A DNA stretch of 64,000 nucleotides from the human T2T-CHM13v2.0 reference genome, Homo sapiens. Positions 1 through 22,616 of the stretch are shown in pieces. Position numbers and translations under genes: made by a program. The stretch lies in NCBI RefSeq assembly GCF_009914755.1, contig NC_060926.1; one strand, given 5' to 3'. How positions within the stretch are numbered: position 1 is the stretch's first letter; each line of letters starts with the position of its first letter. The notes under the pieces were generated by a model. The model saw nothing but the letters and a program-made list of their open reading frames with translations, was not told the origin of the DNA and ran no database searches.

Positions 1-244
1 TAGCAGTCATTGACAATAAAGGATTTTTAATGATTTAGCAGCTGACAATTCAATTAGGTCTTCTTTCAGTTTTGCTAGAAGCAGATAATTTGAAACCAGC
101 AGACATGGAAGAGATTTAGGTTTTTTAACAAGTCATTAGGGCCCTTTGCATTCTCATTTTCTGAGAAGCAAAGTAAAAAGGTTTTACTGAGACCTAACAA
201 AAGATTATTAATTATACTTCTTACTATTCACCTATCCCTATAGG

Positions 245-700
245 TGTATCAATTAGTGTTTTACCCGAGAAAGAGAACCAGATGGAGATTATGTATGTGT
301 ATAAATATACAGACACATATGTATGCATGTATACACATGTATGTATTATACATATATATATGCTATATAAAATTTTCAACAGGTTTATATACATATAAAG
401 AGATTTTTTTTGCAAGGAACTGGTTTACATAATTGCTGGGGCTGGCTAGGCAAGTCTGAAATCCACAGGGAGGCTGTCTGTTAGGTGGACATTTCTTCTT
501 CAGGGAAGCCTTAGTTTTGCACTTAGGGCCTTTTACTGATTGGATGAGGCCCACCCTGATTGTGGAGGCCAATCTTCTTAACTTCGAGTCAGCTGATGTT
601 ACTCATATCTACAAAATATTTTCATAACAATATCTAAATTAGATTTTGATTGAATGACTAGGTACTATAGTTTAGATAGTTTGACACATAAAACCATCAT
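245..700. mobile_element. MLT2-family (ERVL) LTR with internal AT-rich microsatellite
   Basis: Motifs GAGAAAGAGAACCA, (AT)-rich tract, GGCAAGTCTGAAATC, ACTGATTGGATGAGGCCCACC and TTGACACATAAAA..CCATCA. Confidence 0.7.
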
Positions 701-1062
701 CGGCACCTTATTTCAACCAGTATACTCAAAGGTTTGGGAAAGTTGAAGTAATGAAGTAATGTTCATTAAAATATACGTTTGTGTTTTAAATTTATGTCCG
801 GTAAATGTTTAACTCTTAGATCATGTACATACTTAAATATGTATTTAAATACATGATGCAAATTTTAATATAATTATAAACTATTTAAATATATTTTCAT
901 CTAATTCTTGGAACTGTGGATTTAATTTGTTCAGTTGTGGAAAATTATCACCAGTAACCTTAATGGCAAAGCCAGTCTTCCCTGACAAACCAGGCAGCTA
1001 AATAAATAACACTGATTTTCTGCCAGAAAGTCTGACTCCTTTTTTCCAATTTTAATAAATGA

Positions 1063-1317
<255 letters not shown>

Positions 1318-1711
1318 TAGGACACAAAACTCTACTGTGAAACTTTTTGATATCTGGGTTAGAGGCTTCTCAGAGACCTGTATTGTATTTCTCTTTTGTC
1401 ACCAATGGTCCCTTTGTTTGGTATCCTGGAGGTTTTTACTCCCCATGTTTCACCCAAGTTCTGCAGTAAGATTTAGGGTGGTTGAGAGGAGATGCCTGTA
1501 TATAAGACAAGGGCAGTTGTGAGAAGTGGAGATGAGGAGAGATCAGTCTGATGCCTTGAGCTTGTGCTAGTTCTCAGGCAGATCAGTAGGAGCATGTGGG
1601 TGTTGATCTTAAACCTATGTTTCTGTGTACCCCTTAGAATGTCTTCTTATACACCCAAGAGACAGGTTCTTCTTTTGGAGACTTTGGGTACACTATAGCC
1701 CTTTTCCTGCG

Positions 1712-2398
<687 letters not shown>

Positions 2399-2550
2399 TG
2401 ATCTGCCCGCCTGTTTGCTTTTTTTAAAACTGTGTTCCAGTTTTCATGACTGTGTGTTATTCCACACTTTGAGGTACTGTAATTTGACCACTGTGTACTG
2501 GTAGAGGATTAGGGTATTTTTCATCGTTTGCTACTGAGCAGTCTGCAGAA

Positions 2551-5190
<2,640 letters not shown>

Positions 5191-5461
5191 ATATGTCATT
5201 TAGTACTCGGAGGACTATGGCATCTATCTTTATTTATTTATTGATATGGAGTCTTTATTTATTTATTTACTGAGACGGAGTTTTGCTCTGTACACTACAA
5301 TGGAACCTCTGAATAGCCACTGCATTTCAGCAGCCTGGGCAACATAGCAAGACCCCATCTCTATAAAAAATAAATGGTTATATGCATTGTGATTTTGACA
5401 GATATTACCAAATTAATTGCTTCAGATATTGTTCCAATTTACACCTACCAGCAATGAATGA

Positions 5462-5842
<381 letters not shown>

Positions 5843-6177
5843 TGAGCTCATAGCAACCTCTGCCTCCCGGGCTCAAGCAATTCTTATGCCTCAGCCTTCT
5901 GAGTAGCTGGAATTACAGGTGTGCACCACCATGCCCGGCTAATTTTTTGTGTTTTTAGTAGAGACAGGGTTTCACCATGTTGGCCAGGCTGGTCTCAAAC
6001 TCCTGACCTCAGGTGATCCACCCAACTCGGACTCCCAAAGTGCCGGGATTACAGGTGGGAGCCACTGCACCAGGCCTAGGATTAAATTTTTTAATCTTTA
6101 CTAATCTTACAGATTAAAAATGGTGCCTTGGTGGGATTGTATCTTAAATTTCTTATGACTGAAGTGGAACATCTTTT

Positions 6178-6969
<792 letters not shown>

Positions 6970-8387
6970 ATGTTTTTATATTTTTAAAAGGCCACATGTG
7001 TGTCCTTTTCTGTGAACTGTTTATATTCTTTGCCTATTTTGAGTTTAACTTTTGCTAAATTAATTTGTAGGGGGAAAATAATAAAAGAAACCTTTAGTTA
7101 CTCCAATAAAGGAAGTAAAGCAGATATTCCTAATTGTAAACTGACGTGTTTAACCTTACATTTTTCCGTGACTTCTTCTCCTATTAGAACAAGGAAATAC
7201 ATTTTACTTAGCTTTTCTTCTTTCCTTGTCCTCTACCTTCCCATGTTTAAGTAAACGGTATTTGGGTATATATATATTTTTTCAGATCACATAGGACTGG
7301 AAAAAATTTTAAAAATTATTATTGTAACTTTTTACTTAGTAACTTATGACTTAGTAATAAGTTACAATAATGATTTAACAATAATAGTAGGAGCTAACAC
7401 ATAATACCAGACACTCTAAATGCTTTTACATGTAAGTCCATTTTATTCTACATGTAAGTTAAGTCCATCTTACATTATATATGTCCCCATCTAAGTTTCT
7501 GAAAGCATTTGTCTGTGATTCATTCTGCCCAGTTTTTGAAATCTTAATACTTCCGAGAGAAATACTAAAGAGAGAAGGGAAAATAAAAGAACAATAAAAG
7601 GTCATCCTGGCATTTGAAAAACTTTTTCTTATTTCTAATTTTGTACTTCAGTCACAAAGTTTATTAGGAATAAAGCTAAACATAGTTGATTTTTAAGATG
7701 TGTGTTGTATTTTCTTATAACATTTTACATTTTGAGAACATAGCCCATGGCTTTTTGTTTCTTAGTCTATGAAGTGTGTAGGCACATAGACCTCAGTCAG
7801 CCTGCTACTCTCCTTTTGCAGCCAGGGCCCAACCAAGATACTGAGTCCTTACTCTGCCCTTGGGCCCACTTGGTCCTTTCTAGCCAGCTGTTACCCCTTG
7901 ATTGGAGTTGGCATAAAATCTATTTTTTATCACAGCATTAAAGTAATCAACTTTCATTTAAAAGGACATTTTTCTCTTGCTATTTTATGGAGTTTTTATT
8001 TTTGTAAGTGACATTTTGTAATTGGCAGTTATGGCAAGTTTGTGTCTCATTAACCAGATTATTATCAACTGTAAATATTATAAAGGTTTATTATTTGACA
8101 AGTTAATTATGTTTTATGATATACATTTTCTTATTGATCTGGTCTTCTGAATGTTAATGGTTTATATTTTTTGTGAACAAAGCAAGTACTGTATTAATAC
8201 TTTAAAATTGATGTCACATTGCTTATTGATCATTAAATGAGGCATTCCAGCAATTAGATATTCTTTAGCTTTTTAGAAAGCCTTGTGTTAGCTTTACTTC
8301 TGTCATTGTGTGGCTTAATTTGTGGTCTGGAAGAATACAGGCTCATGTTGTATATTTTCATGTGACTAGTTGATTGAAAATCCTTAA

Positions 8388-9926
<1,539 letters not shown>

Positions 9927-10870
9927 TTCACTACTTCTATTTCTAAATAGTGCTTTTACCTTAATATAGTGCCTCTATATTTAGGTAGTCCAAAGTATTT
10001 TTCATTTAGCATTCCAAATCACGGAATTTTAGACCTGTAAGGACCTTATACATAATCTGTTTAAACCCTCTGTATTTTTTGGTTGAGTCCTTGGTTAGGT
10101 CTAAGGTCACCTAACTGGATTAGTATCCTGTCCTCTAAATGCTTCTTTTGTATGTTTTATTTATCTCCTTAAAATTTATTTTGGATAAGATAAATATACT
10201 GCATTTTGTTATATGTTTGTATAATTTGGCATTATGGGGCAGATAAATTAACGTTGTTGAGCCTTAATTCATCTTTACAAGGGACTCATTAGTACTTTCT
10301 ACCTTATTACCCTTCCTGTGTTGAGGGTTTTTGTAGCGATTAAATGAATAAAAGCCCCTACAAATCATAAGACATGCAGAAAACAGTAGCTTTGACTGGG
10401 CCCCCTGGAGGACTTTCACATTAACACAGAAGCCTTGACATACATGGGAAGTGGGTACCACTGGAGGCTTTTCTAGAGTTGTGCTAGTGGCATGCATTTT
10501 CAGTTGTCCCTTCCAGCCAGGAAGTTGGAAAATGGTCATCTGAAGCCTTAGTTCACTCTGCCCCTTTCTTGACACCTAGGAATGTGGAGAATGGTTGTGG
10601 CTGCTCTCCTTTTTAACTTCGTTTGCTAGTGGTGACAGCTCAGGGCTCAGGACGGTGGCTAATGTCCCATATCCTTTCAGTGTACCTCATGCCAGTTCCT
10701 TTCCGCAAGTTTTTCCTGAGCCAGTGTTGCATCGTGTCCATGTTTATAAGACTTCTATGAGTCTTTAAAGCTGCACATGTTTTCATATTATGGGGATTTG
10801 TGCATCTTTCTAGCAACATTATAAAAATTGTTGGCTAGCCAAACTTGCTTTACATTTAATAGTAGTGGTA

Positions 10871-11889
<1,019 letters not shown>

Positions 11890-12109
11890 CTATAGCAGAT
11901 GGTTGCAGGAAGTGAAGTTATAATCCTTTACCCTCCAACTGATTCTTATTTCCATTTTGTCCATGGTAGACTATTAATTTTCTGACTTTTGGTTTCCAAA
12001 CTGGTTAAAGGTTTGAAAAAGGTTACATCCTATAGTATATATGGCCCATGTTTCTTTTTATTAATTTTTTTTTTTTTGCATCCCCTTTCCCATTCAGGCC
12101 CATGTTTCT

Positions 12110-13838
<1,729 letters not shown>

Positions 13839-14189
13839 TTAGTTGTTGTTCTCCTATTACTGAACATTTGGCTTATTTCCAGTTTTTGGCTACTGCAAAT
13901 AAAGCTCCTATGAACATTCATGTACAGGTCTTTTGGTGTACTTATGCTCTCATTTCTCTTGGGTAATTACCTAGGAGAAACATTGTTGGTTCATGTGGTG
14001 GAAGAAACTTGTCACAGAAATTTTACTTCAGTAGATTTTGCCACACAGATTCCCAAAGTGGTTGGACCAATTTTTCACTTCCTCTGTTAATGTATGAGAA
14101 CTCCAGTTGGTCTATGTTCTTTCAGTCTTTTAAATTTTTAGCTATTATGGTACCATAAGTTTAATGCTTCATTTGGGTAATATGAGGGC

Positions 14190-14276
14190 TAGGGTGATCA
14201 AATTGTCCTCATTTGCTGGGGACTGAGGGGTTCTCTAAATGAGGGATTTTGAGCTTTAAAACTGGGAGACACTCCC
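14190..14276. mobile_element. MER94-like hAT-Blackjack fragment
   Basis: TAGGGTGA.CAA..GTCC..TTTGC.GGGGACTGAGGGG..CT.AAAACTGGGA. Confidence 0.5.
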
Positions 14277-15319
14277 TAATGAGGTTTTTAGCTGAGTTAG
14301 CAGGATATGAAGGGAAAAGCAGTAAATTCCCTCAGTCAGACCAAGCCCAAGTACAGATACCTGGGCTATCCTTATCCAGAGGAGTGTTCTCTAATTACCA
14401 AAGACAGGGGCCCAGCCATCCACCCCCTTTCCCTTCTGGTGTCCGTTCAGACTGATTTCTTCAGAGAAGCCTCTGCTGGCTCATCAAGCTACATGACATG
14501 AATTTCCTCCGTCATGCTTCCAGAGTATGCCGTGTAATTTTATAGTACTCACCAAATCTGAAGGTATATATTCTTGCCTGGAATCCGGGATGGACTGTAA
14601 TTCAGGGTAGGACTTTTATGGCTTCCTCATAGCCTCAGAACACGTTGGTAGGCACATCAATAAATTTACTTTTTTTTTTTTTTTTTGCTGGGGGTAGGGT
14701 GGAAGGGAGAACACAGGTCCTTGTTAAAACATGTGGCAAGGCAGATTGTTAGATGTATAAGCCGTGAAAGTTTAGTTTTTACCCTAATGGTGGTTGGTTG
14801 GAAGTTATTGAGGCCTTTTTATCAAAACGGGAGAAATAGAAATTGTGTTTTAGGAAGCTGCTTGCTGGGGTGTTAATGAATTAGAGGATGGATGGTGCTC
14901 TGTTGGTGCTAGATAATTTGGTTCTGATTCTTTGTTTTAAAATTGATAGCAAGTGAAAAATAGTACAGTAGCATGTTGAGACTATATAAAATTCCATATG
15001 GACTTGGAATTTATTACAGTATTGGGCAGCTTTTGCCCGATGCAGTGTTCTTTGAATAAATATAAAGCAGAAATAGCTTAAATTTCTGATGGGATCCTGA
15101 TTTGCTATAGAATAACTGATGAGTCCTTGTATCTCACACTGTGGAAATAAAATTTCTGTGGTAAATTTCTTAAAGTCAGTAAAGTAAAAAACTCATACTT
15201 AGCCAATTTTTGGTTTTCATTTAATATGTACTTTAAGGTAAGATTTCTTTTGCATTTAGTTCAGCAGTTCCTGAAATCCTTTCCAGGGGGTCTATGAGGT
15301 CAACACAATTTTCTTTCTT

Positions 15320-15910
<591 letters not shown>

Positions 15911-16132
15911 TAACTCTTAAGTTTAGTCTCCCATCCACTTTGTGTTAAATCTTGAAAGAAGAATTTTGAAAAGCACTGGAATGAAATGTGAAAAATAAAG
16001 CCCCTTTTACAGTAACTTATTGATGTTTATGTTCTGCAGTGTTTTATGCTGTAACTTTGTGAGTCTATCCTTGCTGCTGCTGAATTTAGTGTTGCTCGAT
16101 AATTCTTACTTGGTCTGCTCTGAATGTTTCTT

Positions 16133-18383
16133 TTTTTTTTTTTTTTTTTAATTTATTTTTTTATTGATAATTCTTGGGTGTTTCTCACAGAGGGGTATTT
16201 GGCAGGGTCATGGGACAATAGTGGAGGGAAGGTCAGCAGATAAACAAGTGAACAAAGGTCTCTGGTTTTCCTAGGCAGAGGACCCTGCGGCCTTCCGCAG
16301 TGTTTGTGTCCCTGATTACTTGAGATTAGGGATTGGTGATGACTCTTAACGAGCATGCTGCCTTCAAGCATCTGTTTAACAAAGCACATCTTGCACCGCC
16401 CTTAATCCATTTAACCCTGAGTGGACACAGCACATGTTTCAGAGAGCACAGGGTTGGGGGTAAGGTCACAGATCAACAGGATCCCAAGGCAGAGGAATTT
16501 TTCTTAGTGTAGAACAAAATGAAAAGTCTCCCATGTCTACTTCTTTCCACACAGACACGGCAACCATCCGATTTCTCAATCTTTTCCCCACCTTTCCCGC
16601 CTTTCTATTCCACAAAGCTGCCATTGTCATCCTGGCCCGTTCTCAATGAGCTGTTGGGTACACCTCCCAGATGGGGTGGTGGCCGGGCAGAGGGGCTCCT
16701 CACTTCCCAGTAGGGGCGGCCGGGCAGAGGCGCCCCTCACCTCCCGGACGGGGCGGCTGGCCGGGCGGGGGGGCTGACCCCCCCCCACCTCCCTCCCGGA
16801 CGGGGCGGCTGGCCGGGCGGGGGGCTGACACCCCCACCTCCCTCCCGGACGGGGCGGCTGGCCGGGCGGGGGGCTGACACCCCCACCTCCCTCCCGGATG
16901 GGGCGGCTGGCCGGGCGGGGGGCTGACCCCCCCACCTCCCTCCCGGATGGGGCGGCTGGCCGGGCGGGGGGCCGACCCCCCCACCTCCCTCCTGGATGGG
17001 GCGGCTGGCCGGGCAGAGGGGCTCCTCACTTCCCAGAAGGGGCGGCCGGGCAGAGGCGCCCCTCAGCTCCCAGACGGGGCGGCTGGCCGGGTGGAGGGCT
17101 GACCCCCCCACCTCCCTCCTGGACGGGGCGGTTGGCCAGGCAGAGGGGCTCCTCACTTCCCAGTAGGGGCGGCCGGGCAGAGGCGCCCCTCACCTCCCCG
17201 ACGGGGCGGCTGGCCGGGCGGAGGGCTGACCCCCCCACCTCCCTCCCGGACGGGGCGGCTGGCCGGGTGGGGGGGCTGACCCCCCCTCTCCCTCCCGGAC
17301 GGGGTGGCTGGCCGGGTGGGGGGGCTGACCCCCCCTCTCCCTCCCGGACGGGGTGGCTGGCCGGGCTGAGGGGCTCCTCACTTCCCAGTAGGGGCGGCCG
17401 GGCAGAGGCGCCCCTCACCTCCCGGACGGGGCGGCTGGCCGGGCGGGGGGCTGACCCCCCCCACCTCCCTCCCGGACGGGGTGGCTGCCGGGCGGAGACT
17501 CTCCTCACTTCCCAGATGGGGTGGCTGCCGGGCGGAGACGCTCCTCACTTCCCAGATCGGGTGGCTGCCGGGCGGAGAGGCTCCTCACCTCTCAGACGGG
17601 GCAGCTGCCGGGCGGAGGGGCTCCTCACTTCTCAGACGGGGCGGCCGGGCAGAGACGCTCCTCACCTCCCAGACGGGGCGGCGGGGCAGAGGCGCTCCCC
17701 ACATCTCAGACGATCTCCTCACATCCCAGATGATGTGCGGCCGGGCAGAGACGCTCCTCACTTCCTAGATGTGATGGCGGCTGGGAAGAGGCGCTCCTCA
17801 CTTCCTAGATGGGATGGCGGCCGGGCGGAGACGCTCCTCACTTTCCAGACTGGGCAGCCAGGCAGAGGGGCTCCTCACATCCCAGACGATGGGCGGCCAG
17901 GCAGAGACACTCCTCACTTCCCAGACGGGGTGGCGGCTGGGCAGAGGCTGCAATCTCGGCACTTTGGGAGGCCAAGGCAGGCGGCTGGGAGGTGTAGGTT
18001 GTAGTGAGCCGAGATCACGCCACTGCACCCCAGCCTGGGCACCATTGAGCACTGAGTGAATGAGACTCCGTCTGCAATCCCGGCACCTCGGGAGGCCGAG
18101 GTTGGCGGATCACTCGTGGTTAGGGGCTGGAGACCGGCCCGGCCAACACAGCGAAACCCCGTCTCCACCAAAACCAGTCAGGCGTGGCGGCGCGTGCCTG
18201 CAATCGCAGGCATTCGGCAGACTGAGGCAGGAGAATCAGGCAGGGAGGTTGCAGTGAGCCGAGATGGCAGCAGTACAGTCCAGCTTCGGCTCCGCATGAG
18301 AGGGAGACCGGAGGTAGAGGTAGGGGTAGGGGTAGGGGTAGGGGTAGGGGTAGAGGTAGAGGTAGGTAGAGGTAGAGGGTAGA
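16133..18383 (-). mobile_element. Full-structure SVA retrotransposon, young type (SVA_E/F-like), antisense to MTA3
   Basis: On +: poly-T, SINE-R (~16160-16660), GC-rich VNTR (~16660-17940), Alu-like region (~17940-18310), hexamer tract (18311-18383). 16-bp TSD GCTCTGAATGTTTCTT at 16117-16132 and 18384-18399. Subfamily call is from memory. Confidence 0.96.
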
Positions 18384-19092
18384 GCTCTGAATGTTTCTTG
18401 AGGTTCACTTTTACCCCACAAGTAAAATAGGGTGGATACAAAGATAAGTGACCTGTCATTGTTCTCAAGGGATGCAGTGAAATCAGTTAACTGTAGAGTA
18501 GAGCAAAGCATACTGTGAAGTACCTTAAGCCTATGTGGGTGCTGCTTTGTAGCAAAGAGGAGTCTCCCGCTGGAGATTGGTGAGAGTCTCATGGATCAGA
18601 CTCTGGCTCAGAGGCATTGTTCAACTTTATTTATTTATTTATTTCGACATAGGGTCTTGCTGTATCGCCCAGGCTGGAGTGCAGTGGTGCGATCTCAGCT
18701 CACAGCACCTTCCACCTCCTGGGCTCAAGCGATCCTCCTACATCAGTCTCTGAGTAGCTGGGACCATGGGCTTGGCTAATTTTTGTATTTTTTGTAGAGA
18801 TGTTTGGTCTTGAACTCCTGGGCTCAAGCGATCTGCTTGCCTCAGCCTCCCAAAGTGCTGGAATTGCAGGCATGAGCCATCACACCTGGCCTGTCTAACT
18901 TTAAATTTATCTTTTGAATTCTCTTTACTCTTCATCCACTCTAATAATTGATTTATCTCACACCGAGGTGGACAGATTGCTTGAGCTCAGGAGTTCGAGA
19001 TCAGCCTGGGCAACATGATGAAACCCTGTCTCTACTAAAAATACAAAAATTAGTCAGGTGTGGTGGCACACGCCTGTAATCCCAGCTACTCA

Positions 19093-19206
<114 letters not shown>

Positions 19207-19793
19207 TTATACAAATACATAAATGAAATTTGAAATTTAACTGGTAAATTTTAAAAAGTGGTTTTCATTAGTGATCTGCATCATGAGAGATGCCGTTGTG
19301 ATTTTTGTCTTTGGTTAGGTTGGATTTCAGTGATTTTGGTCCTTTTTATGGTGAACCAAGGGATCGTATAAGAACGTAAGATTTACTGTTGCTGTTGTAG
19401 AGCTGGTTGCTGTTTTAGCTCTGTAGGGTATGCATTAGAATTCAGTTAGCTGTGTCTTATACAACAACAATTTGTCAAATCCTAATTAGGTAAAGAGTGT
19501 AATTTTGTATGTGATATTTTCTAGTGCTAATAGTGCCAATGCAGCAGTAACTTTATCAATCTTCACTGGTGAAATGTTATTAGACCTGCAAGTAAATGGC
19601 CCTTTTAGTGCTATATTTCTCTTTGAGTAGTTCATTAAAAAGAATATCCAAAGAATTTTAAATTGCTTTATTCTTGCTTTGAGCTAGGTGCATCTTTTTC
19701 TAAGTTACTGTTTAAGGTTCATTTTCAATTCAGTTTTAAAAGTTTGAAAGTAGAAAAGATCTGATACTTACTCCATTCATTACCCTCATGCTA

Positions 19794-20152
<359 letters not shown>

Positions 20153-20280
20153 TTAAATTGATATGTAATATTTGTGTATATTTTTGGGGTACCATCTGCC
20201 ATTTTTAAGTTGGAATTTTTCTTCTTTTGAGGCCCTGATAATTTTATGGTTATAGTTGAACTGACAAGATAAATGTTTAA

Positions 20281-20580
20281 TTTTTTTTTTTTTTTTTTGA
20301 GACAGATTCTTGCTCTTTCACCCAGGCTGGTGTGAAGTGTACGATCTTGGCTGACTGCAAACTCCACCCCCTGGATTCAAGCAGTTCTCCTGCCTCAGCC
20401 TCCCGAGTAGCTGGGATTACAGGCGCCCACCACCATGCCAGGCTACTTTTTGTATTTTTAGTAGAGATGGGGTTTCGCCATGTTGGCCAGGCTGGTCTCA
20501 AACACCTGACCTCAGGTGATCCACCTGCCTCAGCTTCCCAAAATGCTTAGGATTACAAGCATGAGCCACTGCACCTGGCA
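20281..20580 (-). mobile_element. AluS just upstream of the first MTA3 exon
   Basis: Full dimer; TSD AAATGTTTA on both sides. Confidence 0.92.
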
Positions 20581-20706
20581 AATGTTTACATTTAAAATTG
20601 ATTAGTTTGAAGAAAATATTGAATGAAATGTTGATTTGATCTGTTTCAATATCCAAACAGATAATGTGCTTTGTACTAATAAATTCTTTGAATTTTATTT
20701 GTGTAG

Positions 20707-20833
20707 AAGAAATTGAGGAAGAATCTGAAACAACAGTTGAGGCTGACTTGACCGATAAGCAGAAACATCAGTTGAAACATAGGGAACTCTTTTTGTCACG
20801 CCAGTATGAATCTCTGCCCGCAACACATATCAG
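20707..20833 (+). CDS. MTA3: MTA3 internal coding exon (exon 4, 127 nt, phase 1 to 2), BAH domain
   Basis: Acceptor gtgtag| at 20706 and donor CAG|GTAAGA at 20834. Translates as (K)[41 protein letters not shown](R), matching recalled MTA3; [21 protein letters not shown] is the MTA-family BAH motif. Confidence 0.97.
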
Positions 20834-21064
20834 GTAAGAACTTTTTAGGAACTAAGGTACTCAGTACTACGGTGACCAAAAAACAAAAGACTTCTTTGAA
20901 GCGTTTTCCAGACTCTTCTCAGGATCTTGCTTAAACTACTTTGCTAAAGGCTTCATAATGGAATTTTAGGTTGGAAATTTATAATGTGTATTACCATATT
21001 AAAGCCCCACAAAAGTTCTCCAGTAAAGTAACCATTTTAACTTTGTTTTAATAACAGACTTTCC

Positions 21065-21370
21065 TGGCCAGGCGCAGTGGCTCACGCCTGTAATTCCAGC
21101 ACTTTGGGAGGCTGAGGCGGGCGTATTATTTGAGGTCAGGAATTCAAGACCAGCCTGGCCAACACGGTGAAACCCCATCTCTACTAAAAATACAAAAAAT
21201 TAGCTGGGCGTGGTGGTATGCACCTGTAATCCTAGCCACTCAGGAGGCTGAGGCAGGAGAATTGCTTGAATCTAGGAAGCAGAGGTTGCAGTGTGCTGAC
21301 ATCGTGCCACTGCACTCCAGCCTGGATGACAGAGTGACACTCTGTCTTTAAAAACAAACGAAAAAAAACA
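21065..21370 (+). mobile_element. AluS just downstream of the first MTA3 exon
   Basis: Full dimer GGCCAGGCGCAGTGGCTC through the A-rich tail. Confidence 0.92.
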
Positions 21371-22104
21371 ATAAGACAATAAAAATCGGGCCTTTCCCGA
21401 TTGATTTGAATATCTTTTCAGAATGGTACAGAAGAGGGTCTAGCAGACATCATTTTGGGAAATGCTGGTCTTCCAGGTTCTAAGAAAATTATATAGCCAT
21501 TAGAAGCCAAAGGTTAGAACCTAAAATCTGCTTCCCAGGCAGGTGACTCTTGACCTTATAGGATATATGGCTTTTTGTTTTCTTTTGAGGATCACTGGGG
21601 TGAAAACTTTATATTCTTTACTATTCCTTAATAACACCTGATGTATGCATTGATAGCATACAAATGTGCAGAAAAAAGGTGACTGATTTGGGCGATATCT
21701 CTGGTTCTCTAACATGGACCACCCTTCCATTAATTAAATTCTTTTTCTACTGCAGAAAAAACAAAAAGTGAAAAAACCTAGCCCCTTGTTTGTCGTTTTG
21801 GCAGTTGTTGAGGAAAAACGGTGGTTTTCTATGATCTACTGGTGGTGATCAAATTTAAGATATTGTTGAGCTTTTTTTCATTGTAGTGTATAATCAGTGC
21901 ATCTTAGAGGTATTACAAAATGTTTGAGCTCAAAAGATTCTTACCCTCGGTCAGGAAAGCTTCAAGAGGAATTGCTACTTACTCAGCCTTCCAGAGAGTA
22001 TGAGGCACAAATAGAGGGCACAGGTGAGCATAGGGTGTATGAAAGCAGCAGCTTGTGACCAGGGTAAGGATGTGTGAGCAAGTGCAGTGTTTCACTCCTC
22101 TTAG

Positions 22105-22512
<408 letters not shown>

Positions 22513-22565
22513 TGAGCCACTGTGCCCAGCTGAGGTTTGTAGACTTTCTAAAGCTCTGGTACTTA

Positions 22566-22566
<1 letters not shown>

Positions 22567-22608
<42 letters not shown>

Positions 22609-22616
22609 CACACACA
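22567..22616. repeat. (CA)n microsatellite
   Basis: Visible CA dinucleotide run. Confidence 0.95.

Noticed and set aside
5295-5370. 7SL-like sequence (GAATAGCCACTGCA..AGCCTGGGCAACATAGC)
   Set aside because: Short degenerate FAM/7SL-derived fragment, not an intact RNA gene.
16660-17940. Regularly spaced repeats resembling a CRISPR array or CpG-island promoter
   Set aside because: Tandem SVA VNTR units without unique spacers, in a eukaryotic intron.
16898-18004. 368-aa ORF and overlapping ORFs in all frames
   Set aside because: Lies in the GC-rich SVA VNTR, which is naturally stop-poor; low-complexity G/R/P repeats and no gene structure.
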